NCBI GenBank assembly: GCA_024231215.1
Contig: JAAEQR010000072.1
Location: 257,210 to 321,209 of the forward strand
Direction of reading: 5' to 3'
Source: PVC group bacterium
GTDB taxonomy: Bacteria; Omnitrophota; Gorgyraeia; B26-G9
DNA length: 64,000 nucleotides
Shown here: positions 9,639 through 18,748 of the stretch, piece by piece
Layout of the letters: every line of letters starts with the position of its first letter
Numbering within the stretch: the first letter of the stretch is position 1
Translations under genes and position numbers: made by a program
Notes under the pieces: generated by a model
The model's database searches: none
What the model saw: the letters and a program-made list of their open reading frames with translations, nothing else
What the model was told of the DNA's origin: nothing

Positions 9639-12575
9639 ATGTTTCACAGAAAAGAAAATCGTAGTTTTTCAAAATTAATTGCATTTATTCTCATTCAGGC
9701 GTTTGTATTGGTAAACGCGCCGATAATTTATGCCGGAGGGTTATTTGACCGTAGTGCGCAAGATATCGCTTGTTTATCTCCCCAGATGCATTTAGGTGCT
9801 TCTGCATTACAGCAGGCGTTTACGGTAGAACCGGAAATTGGGCCGAGTAATGACAAAACTATCAATCTCGATGTTCTGAATCAATTGCTTGATTCCGTAG
9901 AGCTGGATGAAAACTTATTGGCTATGGAAACGTATTTAAGAAAATTTCTATCACATGATGATATCAAAACTGATACCAAGAGTTGTATTGAAATGCTCAA
10001 AAAAAGAGGTTTATTATCTCCAGTTAGCGAAACAACAGTTGAGAATTTAGCAAGAGCTATGAAGCGGGGGATTACAAGGCAGGCAGATTTGTTTCGGGAT
10101 GATATTGTAGATAAGTCTAAATCTTATGTGCGAGCAGAGCAAACAACGCTTCGTACCAGGCTTGCGACTTTAAATTATCTTAATAACAACGCAAAAGACG
10201 CAGAACTTAATTTAATCAATGCGTATAGATGGACCCAAGGTGATAATACAATTCTAAACAATATTTATAATGTATTACAAAAAGCAGCGTTGGTTAGTAT
10301 CGAAGTAGGAGCTTTATGGGAAAAGATGTTATTAGAAGACGACGGAGACAAAGCAGATGCATTCCAGCAAATAACAGAGATTATTACTTCGCAGGAAGTG
10401 GCAAAAGCTAATCAGCTATTAATAAAGGAAATAGATACAGATTGTGAAAACAATAGGGTGGATAATGCCAGAACTAAATTGACTCAACTATTAACTAAAC
10501 AAGAGCTTTCTTTGTATGGTAAGAAAACATTAGTAGAAATCATAAGTGATAAACTTTCTTTGTCGGAAGAACAACATACTCAGGTTGTTGAAATGTCTGA
10601 AGATGAAATATCCGATGCAGATATAGTAGAGTCGATAATTATTAACCGACTTTCTAATAAGCTAAATAATCTGAACAAGTCACTAGAAATTAATTTAAAA
10701 GGAAGAATGTTTGATGCGGCTTTGGCTGATATGAAAAGCATTGAAGATATAGGTGTTTTAGGTTTTGAGGAAATGAGTGAATTTAGAGATGCACAGGTAT
10801 TAATGGATTCTGTTCTGTTCAAAGAAGCAAAATTTTGGGCAGACACAAGTCTGATTAGTTTTAGTCAGGGGGATAAATCGGAAGCTAATACATCACTAAA
10901 GAATATGCTTGAGATATACGCGCATGAAGCAACTGTATTAGAGACGCGGGGTGCAATATTTAACGAGTTAAAATATAAGAAGATGGTTACTGATGATGAC
11001 AGTGAATTTTTTACGGACTTGGAGAATGCAAATGATGCGTCATCTAGGGAAAACAGTATTAAAGTTATTGTAGCAGCGATAGAGAAGAATATTGAACCGG
11101 GAATAGAAATCTTAGCAGATAATGCGAAATCATCAGTGTATGGTGATTCTACTAGAGATGATGAATATTTGACGTCAGAACAGAAAACAGAATTACTGAG
11201 AGCAAAGACAGATTATTTGCGAGAGACGATTATAAATGCTGTATCTCGTGCATATGATAAAGCAGATGTGGCCGAAGGAAGTCTTTATATGCAACAACTG
11301 GTTGATCTTACAGCTGAGAATAAAACCGATGCAGAGTTTGTTGAGCAGACGGCAAACTTAATAATCAATACCTGGTTTGGCGGTAGTGCGAGATATAAAG
11401 GTAGAGTAATGTCTTTTTTTAATGAATCAAATACATCAGAAATAACTAAATTGATTAATGATCAGGTGATTCCAAGTAAAGCGGAAACGATAATTTCTTT
11501 AGTAAAGTGGGGTTATGATCGGGGAGATATCAAAACCGCGGAAGAATATCTGACTGAAGTATTGATGCTGAGTATTTCAGCCGGAGTTACACAGAGTTCG
11601 AGAATGCAAATTATAACTTCATTGAGAATTAATGGATTGGTGCGAGATAGTCTGAATCCTATTTTAACTAGCGATCTTGAAGCAGCGGTTAATGCAGAAG
11701 ATAAGGCTAAGAGTATTGAGAATATAGTTGCATATTTAACGGTAAATATCGGTCTGAATACAGTACGGGAAGATGTCCCTCAGATGCGGCGTTATTTGCG
11801 CAAACTCCAGACAATAGATGCGGGGAACAGCTTGCTTGTGCTACTTAATTCTTTTTTTGCAAAAGGAGTTTCAGCCGAACGCCAAAAAGAATTGGTGGAT
11901 ATGCTGGTGGCCGAAGAAGTAATTAGTGAAAATGAAAAAGATGCACGCTTAAATGAATTAACTAAAGCAATTGGAAAGTCTGAAAAGGTCTATGAGATAA
12001 GAGATATTATCCTTAAACAGGGGATACTGGTTGAAATGGCCGGCCAAATAAGTTTGGCTAACTGGCTTTATGAACAACTGGAAGCTGACAAAGCTGGCAG
12101 CTTTTTAAAATTGGTTTTGGATATTTGTGATGTAACTCCGACTTTAGGAAAAGATATATTTGCTTTGTTATCCGCGGTAGGATTAGAAAATGCAGATGAT
12201 ACACAAAGAGAGAATTTATATCAAATCCTGAGTAAAGATGATACACTTAAAAATGAAATTATTGAAACGATCAATTATAATCAACAGATTGAAAAAGCAG
12301 AGCGGTTGATGAGACTAATAAGCCTTCGCGCAGCGGATAAAAATGATATCGGTGGAAAACAAATGTTTAAAGAAATTAAACGCTTGCTTAAAATTTATTG
12401 TGATGAAGGATCGTCCGAGCGGTTAAAGAAAAATATTTTCGCATTAACATCTAGATTAAGTAATTTAAACATGAGAGCTTTGCTGGGAAGTATCTTCTCC
12501 TCAGTTTCTAAAAAAATAGAATCTGAGAAAGCTCCGACGGAACAAGTATTAAGTATAGTTGGTCAGGCGATATAA
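9639..12575 (+). CDS. Large hypothetical exported protein (978 aa) with the conserved N-terminal 'ILIQAF' hydrophobic motif
   Basis: GGTAGGAGG RBS before ATG; N-terminus MFHRKENRSFSKLIAFILIQAFVLVNAPIIYAGG (basic n-region, hydrophobic core, A-x-A-like end). The rest is helix-rich with no recognised domain. Confidence 0.75.
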   Translation: MFHRKENRSFSKLIAFILIQAFVLVNAPIIYAGGLFDRSAQDIACLSPQMHLGASALQQAFTVEPEIGPSNDKTINLDVLNQLLDSVELDENLLAMETYLRKFLSHDDIKTDTKSCIEMLKKRGLLSPVSETTVENLARAMKRGITRQADLFRDDIVDKSKSYVRAEQTTLRTRLATLNYLNNNAKDAELNLINAYRWTQGDNTILNNIYNVLQKAALVSIEVGALWEKMLLEDDGDKADAFQQITEIITSQEVAKANQLLIKEIDTDCENNRVDNARTKLTQLLTKQELSLYGKKTLVEIISDKLSLSEEQHTQVVEMSEDEISDADIVESIIINRLSNKLNNLNKSLEINLKGRMFDAALADMKSIEDIGVLGFEEMSEFRDAQVLMDSVLFKEAKFWADTSLISFSQGDKSEANTSLKNMLEIYAHEATVLETRGAIFNELKYKKMVTDDDSEFFTDLENANDASSRENSIKVIVAAIEKNIEPGIEILADNAKSSVYGDSTRDDEYLTSEQKTELLRAKTDYLRETIINAVSRAYDKADVAEGSLYMQQLVDLTAENKTDAEFVEQTANLIINTWFGGSARYKGRVMSFFNESNTSEITKLINDQVIPSKAETIISLVKWGYDRGDIKTAEEYLTEVLMLSISAGVTQSSRMQIITSLRINGLVRDSLNPILTSDLEAAVNAEDKAKSIENIVAYLTVNIGLNTVREDVPQMRRYLRKLQTIDAGNSLLVLLNSFFAKGVSAERQKELVDMLVAEEVISENEKDARLNELTKAIGKSEKVYEIRDIILKQGILVEMAGQISLANWLYEQLEADKAGSFLKLVLDICDVTPTLGKDIFALLSAVGLENADDTQRENLYQILSKDDTLKNEIIETINYNQQIEKAERLMRLISLRAADKNDIGGKQMFKEIKRLLKIYCDEGSSERLKKNIFALTSRLSNLNMRALLGSIFSSVSKKIESEKAPTEQVLSIVGQAI

Positions 12576-12688
12576 GGATAGTTTTTATTAGGGAGATTCT
12601 GAACAGTGGTAAAAAAAAAGTCAAAATTCACACAATTATTTTTATTCTTATCCAGGCATTTATCCTGCCGGGTGGGCTAGGGGCGGGT

Positions 12689-14608
12689 ATGCACAACAAG
12701 GACGCAGTGAATAGAATCTACTTGTCCCCACAATTAAATATAAATAGTGTTTTATTGCAGTCGGTATTTAACCGGATGCCGGTTGCTTCATCTCCCCGGA
12801 TAAAGGTTAACATTCCGGAACAAACCATACAAAAAAAATTCATTATTTCCGCTTCCCTTAGAAAGCGTTCTGTTTTACTTGATACTGCGTGGAAAGCTAT
12901 ACCAGCGATATATCGTTTTATTTTCGGTCCTGCATTTAAAATTATTCAGTCGCAGAAACATAAGCTTAAAGAACGTATAACCCAAGTTGTATTTAATCAT
13001 CTTTCACTCCGGAAACCATTACCTGTGTCGGCTGTGGTAAAGGATGATCTTTATGCAAGGTTGGCAGGCGCGGCAAATAATTTAATTGGCACATATGCGC
13101 CGGTATTTACTGACTCACAGGAAAAGGCAAAGCGTATAGAAAAGCAGCTAGTGGGAGGTCTTGCTTTTTTAAAGCAGATACAAATGGTTGATCAGCTGAT
13201 AGATAAGATTTGTTCTATAAAAAATAAGTCTGAATATATAAATGATTTTTTAGAGCTTTTTAGCCGGGAAGAAATACCAGCCTATACCAGAAAAGCTATT
13301 TTTGAACATATATTAAAGAAGAAGCTTTTTGTAGATGATCTGGATGAGAAATTATTCTTAGATTATGTTCAGGCGATAGAAATAGGAGACAGGAATAAAG
13401 CATATCGGCTGCATGTAAAGATTGTTGAGATGCTTGCGATGAACCTTTCTTTAAAGCATGAGGCATTGCTTATTGAGGCAATGATCGAGGCTTATAATCA
13501 GAAAGATTTGGATTCCGCAGAACAACGGCTTTCAGACTTGCTGGAAATGTATGCGGATATGAATAGGACTTCAGAATATAGAAACATATTATTTAAGAAA
13601 TTAAAAGGCAAGGTATTGATAGAAGAAAAAGATAGAGATTTATTTGATGAGCTTGTTGATATTTCAGAAAGTAATTTTCCCGTAAGCATCATAAAGAAGA
13701 ACATATTTGCTATGTTCTATCATGCATTGGCAACATATTTGAAAGAAGTGAATCCGTTCATTTATAAAATATTAAAAGCAGTTAAACTATACTTTACAGA
13801 GGAAGAAAAACCTAAAACTCCGAAGCCGGTTGTAGTTGATCCGGTGCTGACTCAAGATGTTTCCAAGGGAGTAGACAGTTGTCCGGTTTTTGCAGATGAA
13901 ATAATTGAAACTATTGATAGAGCATTGTCTAGCGATGATATTATTATTAATTTTTTACGGAAAGTATGTTTAGAAGCAGATTCATCAATAGATAGTTCAG
14001 AAAGAGAGCTATCTATTGTAAAACAATTCTTAAACGATACGATGTTTAATAACCCCCATATAGATAAAGAAAACATAATTATTGGATATGAGATGGAAAC
14101 AAGGGATGATATGTTTTTGCTGATGCGGGATATTATGCTTCGATATCGTGCAAATAGCGAACAAGGACTTCCTTTTGATTTTGAACTTTTGGCGGCACGA
14201 GTATTAAAAGAAGATGCACAGTTGTATTCATTTAAACTTATGGAGCCAATACGGAACTTTCATGGACTTGCGATAAGCAGGGTAGAAATTTGCGGGCCTA
14301 AGGATAAAAAGGAAAGAGGGAGTAAGGGTCGGTTGGCTTACATAGAGGTACCCTACAAAAGTTCTGGGGAGCGTGAATTTAATAGATTATATAAAGCTGC
14401 GCGTGATAATCAATATGATTATGGAAAATTTGCAGTTGGTGAAACAGTTTGCGAAAATGGCATAAAAATGTTTGAGATTATTATCAAGGGAGATGGCAAA
14501 TCGTCCGATTTTGGCATAAGATTTTCTATTAAGGATGAAACTTTCGGATTATATCCGAAAAATGATCATAATTTTGATCCCATGGAACTGGTTTTACAGG
14601 CAATATGA
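12689..14608 (+). CDS. Hypothetical protein. The in-frame region 12527-12688 upstream of the first ATG encodes the family N-terminal motif, so the true start is probably GTG 12606, reached only via a frameshift at the A9 tract 12611-12619
   Basis: The frame of ATG 12689 is open back to a TGA at 12524-12526 and translates ...KKKVKIHTIIFILIQAFILPGGLGAGM-HNK, which matches the KLIAFILIQAFVLVN motif of the 9639 gene. There is no ATG/GTG/TTG in that stretch. GTG 12606, 10 nt after AGGGAG at 12590-12595, lies in the other frame and would join with one extra A or a -1 slip at A_AAA_AAG. Confidence 0.6.
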   Translation: MHNKDAVNRIYLSPQLNINSVLLQSVFNRMPVASSPRIKVNIPEQTIQKKFIISASLRKRSVLLDTAWKAIPAIYRFIFGPAFKIIQSQKHKLKERITQVVFNHLSLRKPLPVSAVVKDDLYARLAGAANNLIGTYAPVFTDSQEKAKRIEKQLVGGLAFLKQIQMVDQLIDKICSIKNKSEYINDFLELFSREEIPAYTRKAIFEHILKKKLFVDDLDEKLFLDYVQAIEIGDRNKAYRLHVKIVEMLAMNLSLKHEALLIEAMIEAYNQKDLDSAEQRLSDLLEMYADMNRTSEYRNILFKKLKGKVLIEEKDRDLFDELVDISESNFPVSIIKKNIFAMFYHALATYLKEVNPFIYKILKAVKLYFTEEEKPKTPKPVVVDPVLTQDVSKGVDSCPVFADEIIETIDRALSSDDIIINFLRKVCLEADSSIDSSERELSIVKQFLNDTMFNNPHIDKENIIIGYEMETRDDMFLLMRDIMLRYRANSEQGLPFDFELLAARVLKEDAQLYSFKLMEPIRNFHGLAISRVEICGPKDKKERGSKGRLAYIEVPYKSSGEREFNRLYKAARDNQYDYGKFAVGETVCENGIKMFEIIIKGDGKSSDFGIRFSIKDETFGLYPKNDHNFDPMELVLQAI

Positions 14609-14647
14609 TCTGGATGAAATGAAAAGTTAAAAAAAGGATAAAATAAG

Positions 14648-14676
14648 TTGCAAAAACACGGTTTATAAGATATACT
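14648..14676 (+). promoter_or_regulatory. sigma70-like promoter: TTGCAA - 17 nt - TATACT
   Basis: ttgcaa at 14648-14653 and tatact at 14671-14676, upstream of the PilZ gene. Confidence 0.5.
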
Positions 14677-14712
14677 TTAACGGTTTGTGTGAGATGCTTT
14701 AGAGAGGAAATT

Positions 14713-15099
14713 ATGGGACAAGAAAGAAGAAAATACATACGTTTAAAAGTACACAGTTCAGTGGCTAATTGCCGTTTGTTGTCAATACGTCAAAGGGACC
14801 CGTGTAGTACCTTTACGGTCTGGCCGGTAAAAGACCTTGGAATTGGAGGGCTATCGGTTCATACTGAAGATGAAGTTCCTTTGGATACCTTAGCATATCT
14901 GAATATGGATCTGGATATCGCTATGCGTACCGTAGGAGTTCTTGCCAAGGTGATCTGGCGTAAGGCAAAAGATGTAGGCTATGAGCTGGGGCTGCAATTT
15001 TGCGGCTGGCCCAAAGAAGATGACCGGGATGCCATGGCTGATTATATTGAGCATCAGATCAGTAGTGAATCTGATTCTGAAGCTATAATTTTAGGATAA
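14713..15099 (+). CDS. PilZ-domain protein (putative c-di-GMP receptor), ~128 aa
   Basis: MGQERRKYIRLKVHS has the RxxxR motif (RKYIR); DLGIGGLSV is a D-x-S/G-x-x-G variant of the second PilZ signature. Probable start ATG 14713 (purine-rich GAGGAAA upstream) rather than track start 14689. Confidence 0.7.
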   Translation: MGQERRKYIRLKVHSSVANCRLLSIRQRDPCSTFTVWPVKDLGIGGLSVHTEDEVPLDTLAYLNMDLDIAMRTVGVLAKVIWRKAKDVGYELGLQFCGWPKEDDRDAMADYIEHQISSESDSEAIILG

Positions 15100-15120
15100 A
15101 TTAATAAGGAGACAATTTTG

Positions 15121-18100
15121 ATGAAGTTTCTAGGTTTAAAACATAGGATGTTAAAACCCAAAATTTGCAATAGAACGTGGCGAAGAACACTAATCTTTTG
15201 GGCTCAAAAAAGCTACAAAAAGCTTCGACAAACAATAAAGTGTGCCTGCGTTTTTTGTAACTTTTTGATCTCCAAAATATCAGCACTCTTTATCCCCGAC
15301 TATCGCAAAATCTGGGTTAAAATAATTGCAATGACACTTGTTCAGACATTTCTGATTGTGAATATCTGTGGACCAGTACATGCCCAAATTAATAATAAGG
15401 AACAGACTAATTCTGATTATCTGGCGCCGCAGGTGATTTTGAATCATGATACCATCCGAAATGCTTTTATTGATATTGTAGAAAATGGTAATATATTCGA
15501 TGGTCTTTTTGAAAGTGAAAATCAATTTAGCGAGGGGGCAGGGAATGATGGGAAGGTACATCATCAATCAACTAATATTTTTAATAATTTTTCAAGTCCG
15601 GTTTCTATCCCAAGTGATTTCGCTAACGGAAAAATAATCAGACTGGATAGCCCCACAGCACCACCGCCACCCGAGAATTTCAAACAAGTTTTTCCAACAG
15701 GTTTTAATGAATTTAAATTTGGTTTGTGGGGAAGATTAAGTTGGAACAAAGAAGATTTAGTTCAACACATGAAGAAATATGGAATAATTGTAGATTCTGA
15801 GGATTTTGATAAAGAACAATTGCGTAGGGTATATAACACGTTTGTTGTAGCGGTTGAAAAAGATAAAGATTTTACAAATGCATGGTTTATGTTGGGAGAA
15901 ATTCATATTTCCAGAGAAGATATGTATTTTCAGGCAGGAGAAGAGAAACCACACAAGCTTCTTTTCCCGCATGTTACAGAATATGAGACAAAAATAATTT
16001 TCTATAATTCTTTCTTTTATATTAATAGAATGACAAGAATTCATTTATTTGATGGAAGAAGCGTAAATGACCGCAAGAAGAATTTAATAGACACCGTTAA
16101 AATGGCTCATGATCTTAGTGTGTATTATGAGGGGAGGGGATTGCCGGTTAAAACTACTGATTTAGAGAGTGCTCAGGCGCAGGATATGTTTGAAAAATTA
16201 GATATAGTTGGAACTGAGTCCACAATAAAATTCATTCTTGATTCGATGAAAGATGAACCGTATGATGATATCAAAATAGCAGTTCCGGAATTAATATCGA
16301 TACAAGCTTTTAAAAACGCATTGAGGATATCGAGAATTAGTTATGAAGAGCTGGGTAGAGAACAAATGATAGAGCTGCTTACAAAGATAAATGAATTGGC
16401 ACAGGAAGATATGCTTAATAAGAGTCGGGTTGACGATGAGCTTTTAAATAGAGCAATATCTGAGTGTTCTAATGTTTCTCTTAGTGCTGGAAAAAAGAAA
16501 ATGCTTATTAAGAGTCTAAATAGTGCAATTGATACCTGGAAAAATGAAAAAAAGTATTGGGGAGTTAGAGAGCACTTTAGTGGCGGGCGTCAAATTCGGA
16601 CATTTCTTTTGTATCCATTTGGCATCCAGGAGTTAGACAGACTTCGAAATGAATCGAATGGATATAAAAATCCTCGTGTTTGGAAAATCCGAGAAGATGA
16701 AGATTCTATGGCTATGTATGAATTGTTATGGAGATATTCGCCTAAAAACCATGAGATAGAGGAGGGGCATTTACAGCAGGTTTTTGCGGCTGATCCAGAT
16801 AATCCTGTTCTAGATATTCCTTTAAAGGATGGATCACCTGATGATATACTTCGTTCAATAGTTGAGATTGCGGTGACTGATTGGAAACAAAAGGCGGCAG
16901 GTCTTTCGGGTGGATTTGTGTCTGCTATGAAGGGAATAACCAATACATTGGGACAGAATGGTTATAATGCGTATTTGCCTGGGCCGAAGACAGAAGGGTT
17001 GCTTAAAGAAGTGCATGCAAATGTTCCTATTTTTAGGCATGGTGGGTATATGGCAGTTGCATTAGATATATGGTTTTTTTATGTTTTTAGTGCCAGAGAA
17101 AACTTAAATGTTAATAAATTGAATCATATTGTAGAACATATTTGTAGGACAAGATATACATTTTTGAATGAAAGAGGAAGAAATCTAGTTAGGACTCATA
17201 TTCAGGAAATTGATAATAAACATCGCAAAGAAAGAAAACTTCGAACTCGCAATTTGAAGTTAAAAGAGGAAGATGATCATTGGGTAAATAATGGGAGTGG
17301 TACATTATTCCCTAAATTATTAAATGTAATGATGGGTATTCCTTTTTTTGCTGTAGAAACTATGATTCCGACAACATTAAAGGCTTCAACTATAGTTCAG
17401 CAAAGTCAGGGAGGTGCTGGTGGAGCGAACTTGGGTGCTTATCTGGTGGGAGGGATAGCTGTTGGATTTTCTGTTTGGATATATAATAAATTTTTTAGTC
17501 AAAAAGCAATTCGGAAAGAAATCGAGAGACTTTCTTTGGAAGCAATGGAGAAAAATGATGTTTCTAAATTAAGAAGATATTATGACAAATCTAATTATAA
17601 ACGTAAGCAGATGATTATTAATACGGTTGGAATAGCCGGAGAAGAAGCAACTAATGAGGCCTTTCTTCAACAACTTATAGCGAGTGAAGGTGACGATGCA
17701 TATGCTAAAGCTGTTGTGGATGGAGTCTATGAATTTTTGTTGCTTAGAACTAGCGATGTATTGTCGGGTACTATATATGAAATATCTGATTTATCATTGC
17801 AGGATTCTGTTTTACTAGAGTTCTTAGTAGAAGATGATATGGATAAAAAATATGATATAGTTATTGAAGATGAATTTGCTGTGGCAGATGAATTGGTCGA
17901 AGTTTTTGGGGAGTTGCAGCAAGAGCAAGCTGATTATGCACTGGGTAACAATGAATTTCATAAAGGAGAATTTTATAGGATGGTCAATGAGAATCCTGTG
18001 CTGAAAGAATCCTTGATTGACGCTGGTAGAAAAAAAGGTGAAGTTCTTCAGCGGTTTGCTATAAATAACTGGATTGCGGTACAAGCTAGAAAAAACAAAG

Positions 18101-18312
18101 AGGATGCTTCAATAGTAGTTGAAAAGTTACTTTCACCGGAAGCAAGAAGAAAAGTGGAAGAAATAGGGGATAATTCTAGTGATCCTGATTTTAGAGCTGA
18201 AGCTGAATTAGCGCTTATGCTGGATGAAAAATTAACAGTTGGAACATCAAGAAGCAGTGTAGATTCGAGAGAAAAAGACTCATTGATTGCAGTTATTGAG
18301 GCTGCAATTTAG
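15121..18312 (+). CDS. Large hypothetical membrane-anchored protein (1,063 aa). Basic Cys-containing N-terminal extension, then the conserved 'LVQTFLIVN' hydrophobic motif, then a later Gly-rich TM segment
   Basis: AAGGAG 9 nt upstream of ATG 15121. Motif RKIWVKIIAMTLVQTFLIVNICGPVHAQ at residues ~62-90; internal hydrophobic GAGGANLGAYLVGGIAVGFSVWIY at nt ~17400-17480. No catalytic motifs recognised. Confidence 0.7.
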   Translation: MKFLGLKHRMLKPKICNRTWRRTLIFWAQKSYKKLRQTIKCACVFCNFLISKISALFIPDYRKIWVKIIAMTLVQTFLIVNICGPVHAQINNKEQTNSDYLAPQVILNHDTIRNAFIDIVENGNIFDGLFESENQFSEGAGNDGKVHHQSTNIFNNFSSPVSIPSDFANGKIIRLDSPTAPPPPENFKQVFPTGFNEFKFGLWGRLSWNKEDLVQHMKKYGIIVDSEDFDKEQLRRVYNTFVVAVEKDKDFTNAWFMLGEIHISREDMYFQAGEEKPHKLLFPHVTEYETKIIFYNSFFYINRMTRIHLFDGRSVNDRKKNLIDTVKMAHDLSVYYEGRGLPVKTTDLESAQAQDMFEKLDIVGTESTIKFILDSMKDEPYDDIKIAVPELISIQAFKNALRISRISYEELGREQMIELLTKINELAQEDMLNKSRVDDELLNRAISECSNVSLSAGKKKMLIKSLNSAIDTWKNEKKYWGVREHFSGGRQIRTFLLYPFGIQELDRLRNESNGYKNPRVWKIREDEDSMAMYELLWRYSPKNHEIEEGHLQQVFAADPDNPVLDIPLKDGSPDDILRSIVEIAVTDWKQKAAGLSGGFVSAMKGITNTLGQNGYNAYLPGPKTEGLLKEVHANVPIFRHGGYMAVALDIWFFYVFSARENLNVNKLNHIVEHICRTRYTFLNERGRNLVRTHIQEIDNKHRKERKLRTRNLKLKEEDDHWVNNGSGTLFPKLLNVMMGIPFFAVETMIPTTLKASTIVQQSQGGAGGANLGAYLVGGIAVGFSVWIYNKFFSQKAIRKEIERLSLEAMEKNDVSKLRRYYDKSNYKRKQMIINTVGIAGEEATNEAFLQQLIASEGDDAYAKAVVDGVYEFLLLRTSDVLSGTIYEISDLSLQDSVLLEFLVEDDMDKKYDIVIEDEFAVADELVEVFGELQQEQADYALGNNEFHKGEFYRMVNENPVLKESLIDAGRKKGEVLQRFAINNWIAVQARKNKEDASIVVEKLLSPEARRKVEEIGDNSSDPDFRAEAELALMLDEKLTVGTSRSSVDSREKDSLIAVIEAAI

Positions 18313-18352
18313 CTTATGGGGCTGAAAAAAATAAAATAAATAGCATATTTGT

Positions 18353-18386
18353 CCGCTGGGGGGAAGAATATCCCGGCGGATTTTTA
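18353..18386 (+). terminator. Rho-independent terminator of the 15121 gene
   Basis: ccgctggg / cccggcgg, an 8-bp stem with one G.U pair and loop gggaagaata, followed by attttt. Confidence 0.65.
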
Positions 18387-18523
18387 ATTATCGGGCGATT
18401 CGTGAATCGCCCCTACAAGTCGAAAATAAATAAACATAATTGGGAGGGCAATTTTAAAAGAGTCAATGCTTACAACATCTTTATTTTCAATAGCTTGCAA
18501 CTTCTAAAAAAAGCGAAAAATCT

Positions 18524-18552
18524 TTGACAGGGCCTACTTTTTATGATATACT
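18524..18552 (+). promoter_or_regulatory. Near-consensus sigma70 promoter for the giant gene: TTGACA - 17 nt - (TGa)TATACT
   Basis: ttgaca at 18524-18529 and tatact at 18547-18552 with TG two nt upstream (extended -10-like). Predicted TSS ~18559, giving a ~190-nt leader to ATG 18749. Confidence 0.6.
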
Positions 18553-18660
18553 ATAAATGTCTTAAAAAAGAGGGTAAAATATTTATAACTGATTGAAAAT
18601 AAATGTTGTTAGAAAAACAATTCGACAGTTCCGAAAGGACTGCTTTAAGGTTGGGTGGGT

Positions 18661-18704
18661 GGGCTGAAGATAGAAATTATCTTCAGCATGCCCTTTTTTG
18701 TTTT
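18661..18704 (+). terminator. Intrinsic terminator/attenuator inside the 5' leader of the giant gene
   Basis: gctgaagata (18663-18672) / tatcttcagc (18678-18687), a perfect 10-bp stem with loop gaaat, then atgccc + tttttt g tttt. It lies between the promoter (18524-18552) and the start codon (18749). Confidence 0.6.
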
Positions 18705-18748
18705 CAGATACTGTTACAAAACGCACATCTACAAAATAAGGTGAAGAG

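Noticed and set aside
18393-18413. Perfect hairpin gggcgattc-gt-gaatcgccc between the 15121 gene terminator and the giant-gene promoter
   Set aside because: No following U-tract and no obvious partner. Possibly a protein-binding site or RNA stability element, but there is too little to call and no repeat elsewhere in the window.
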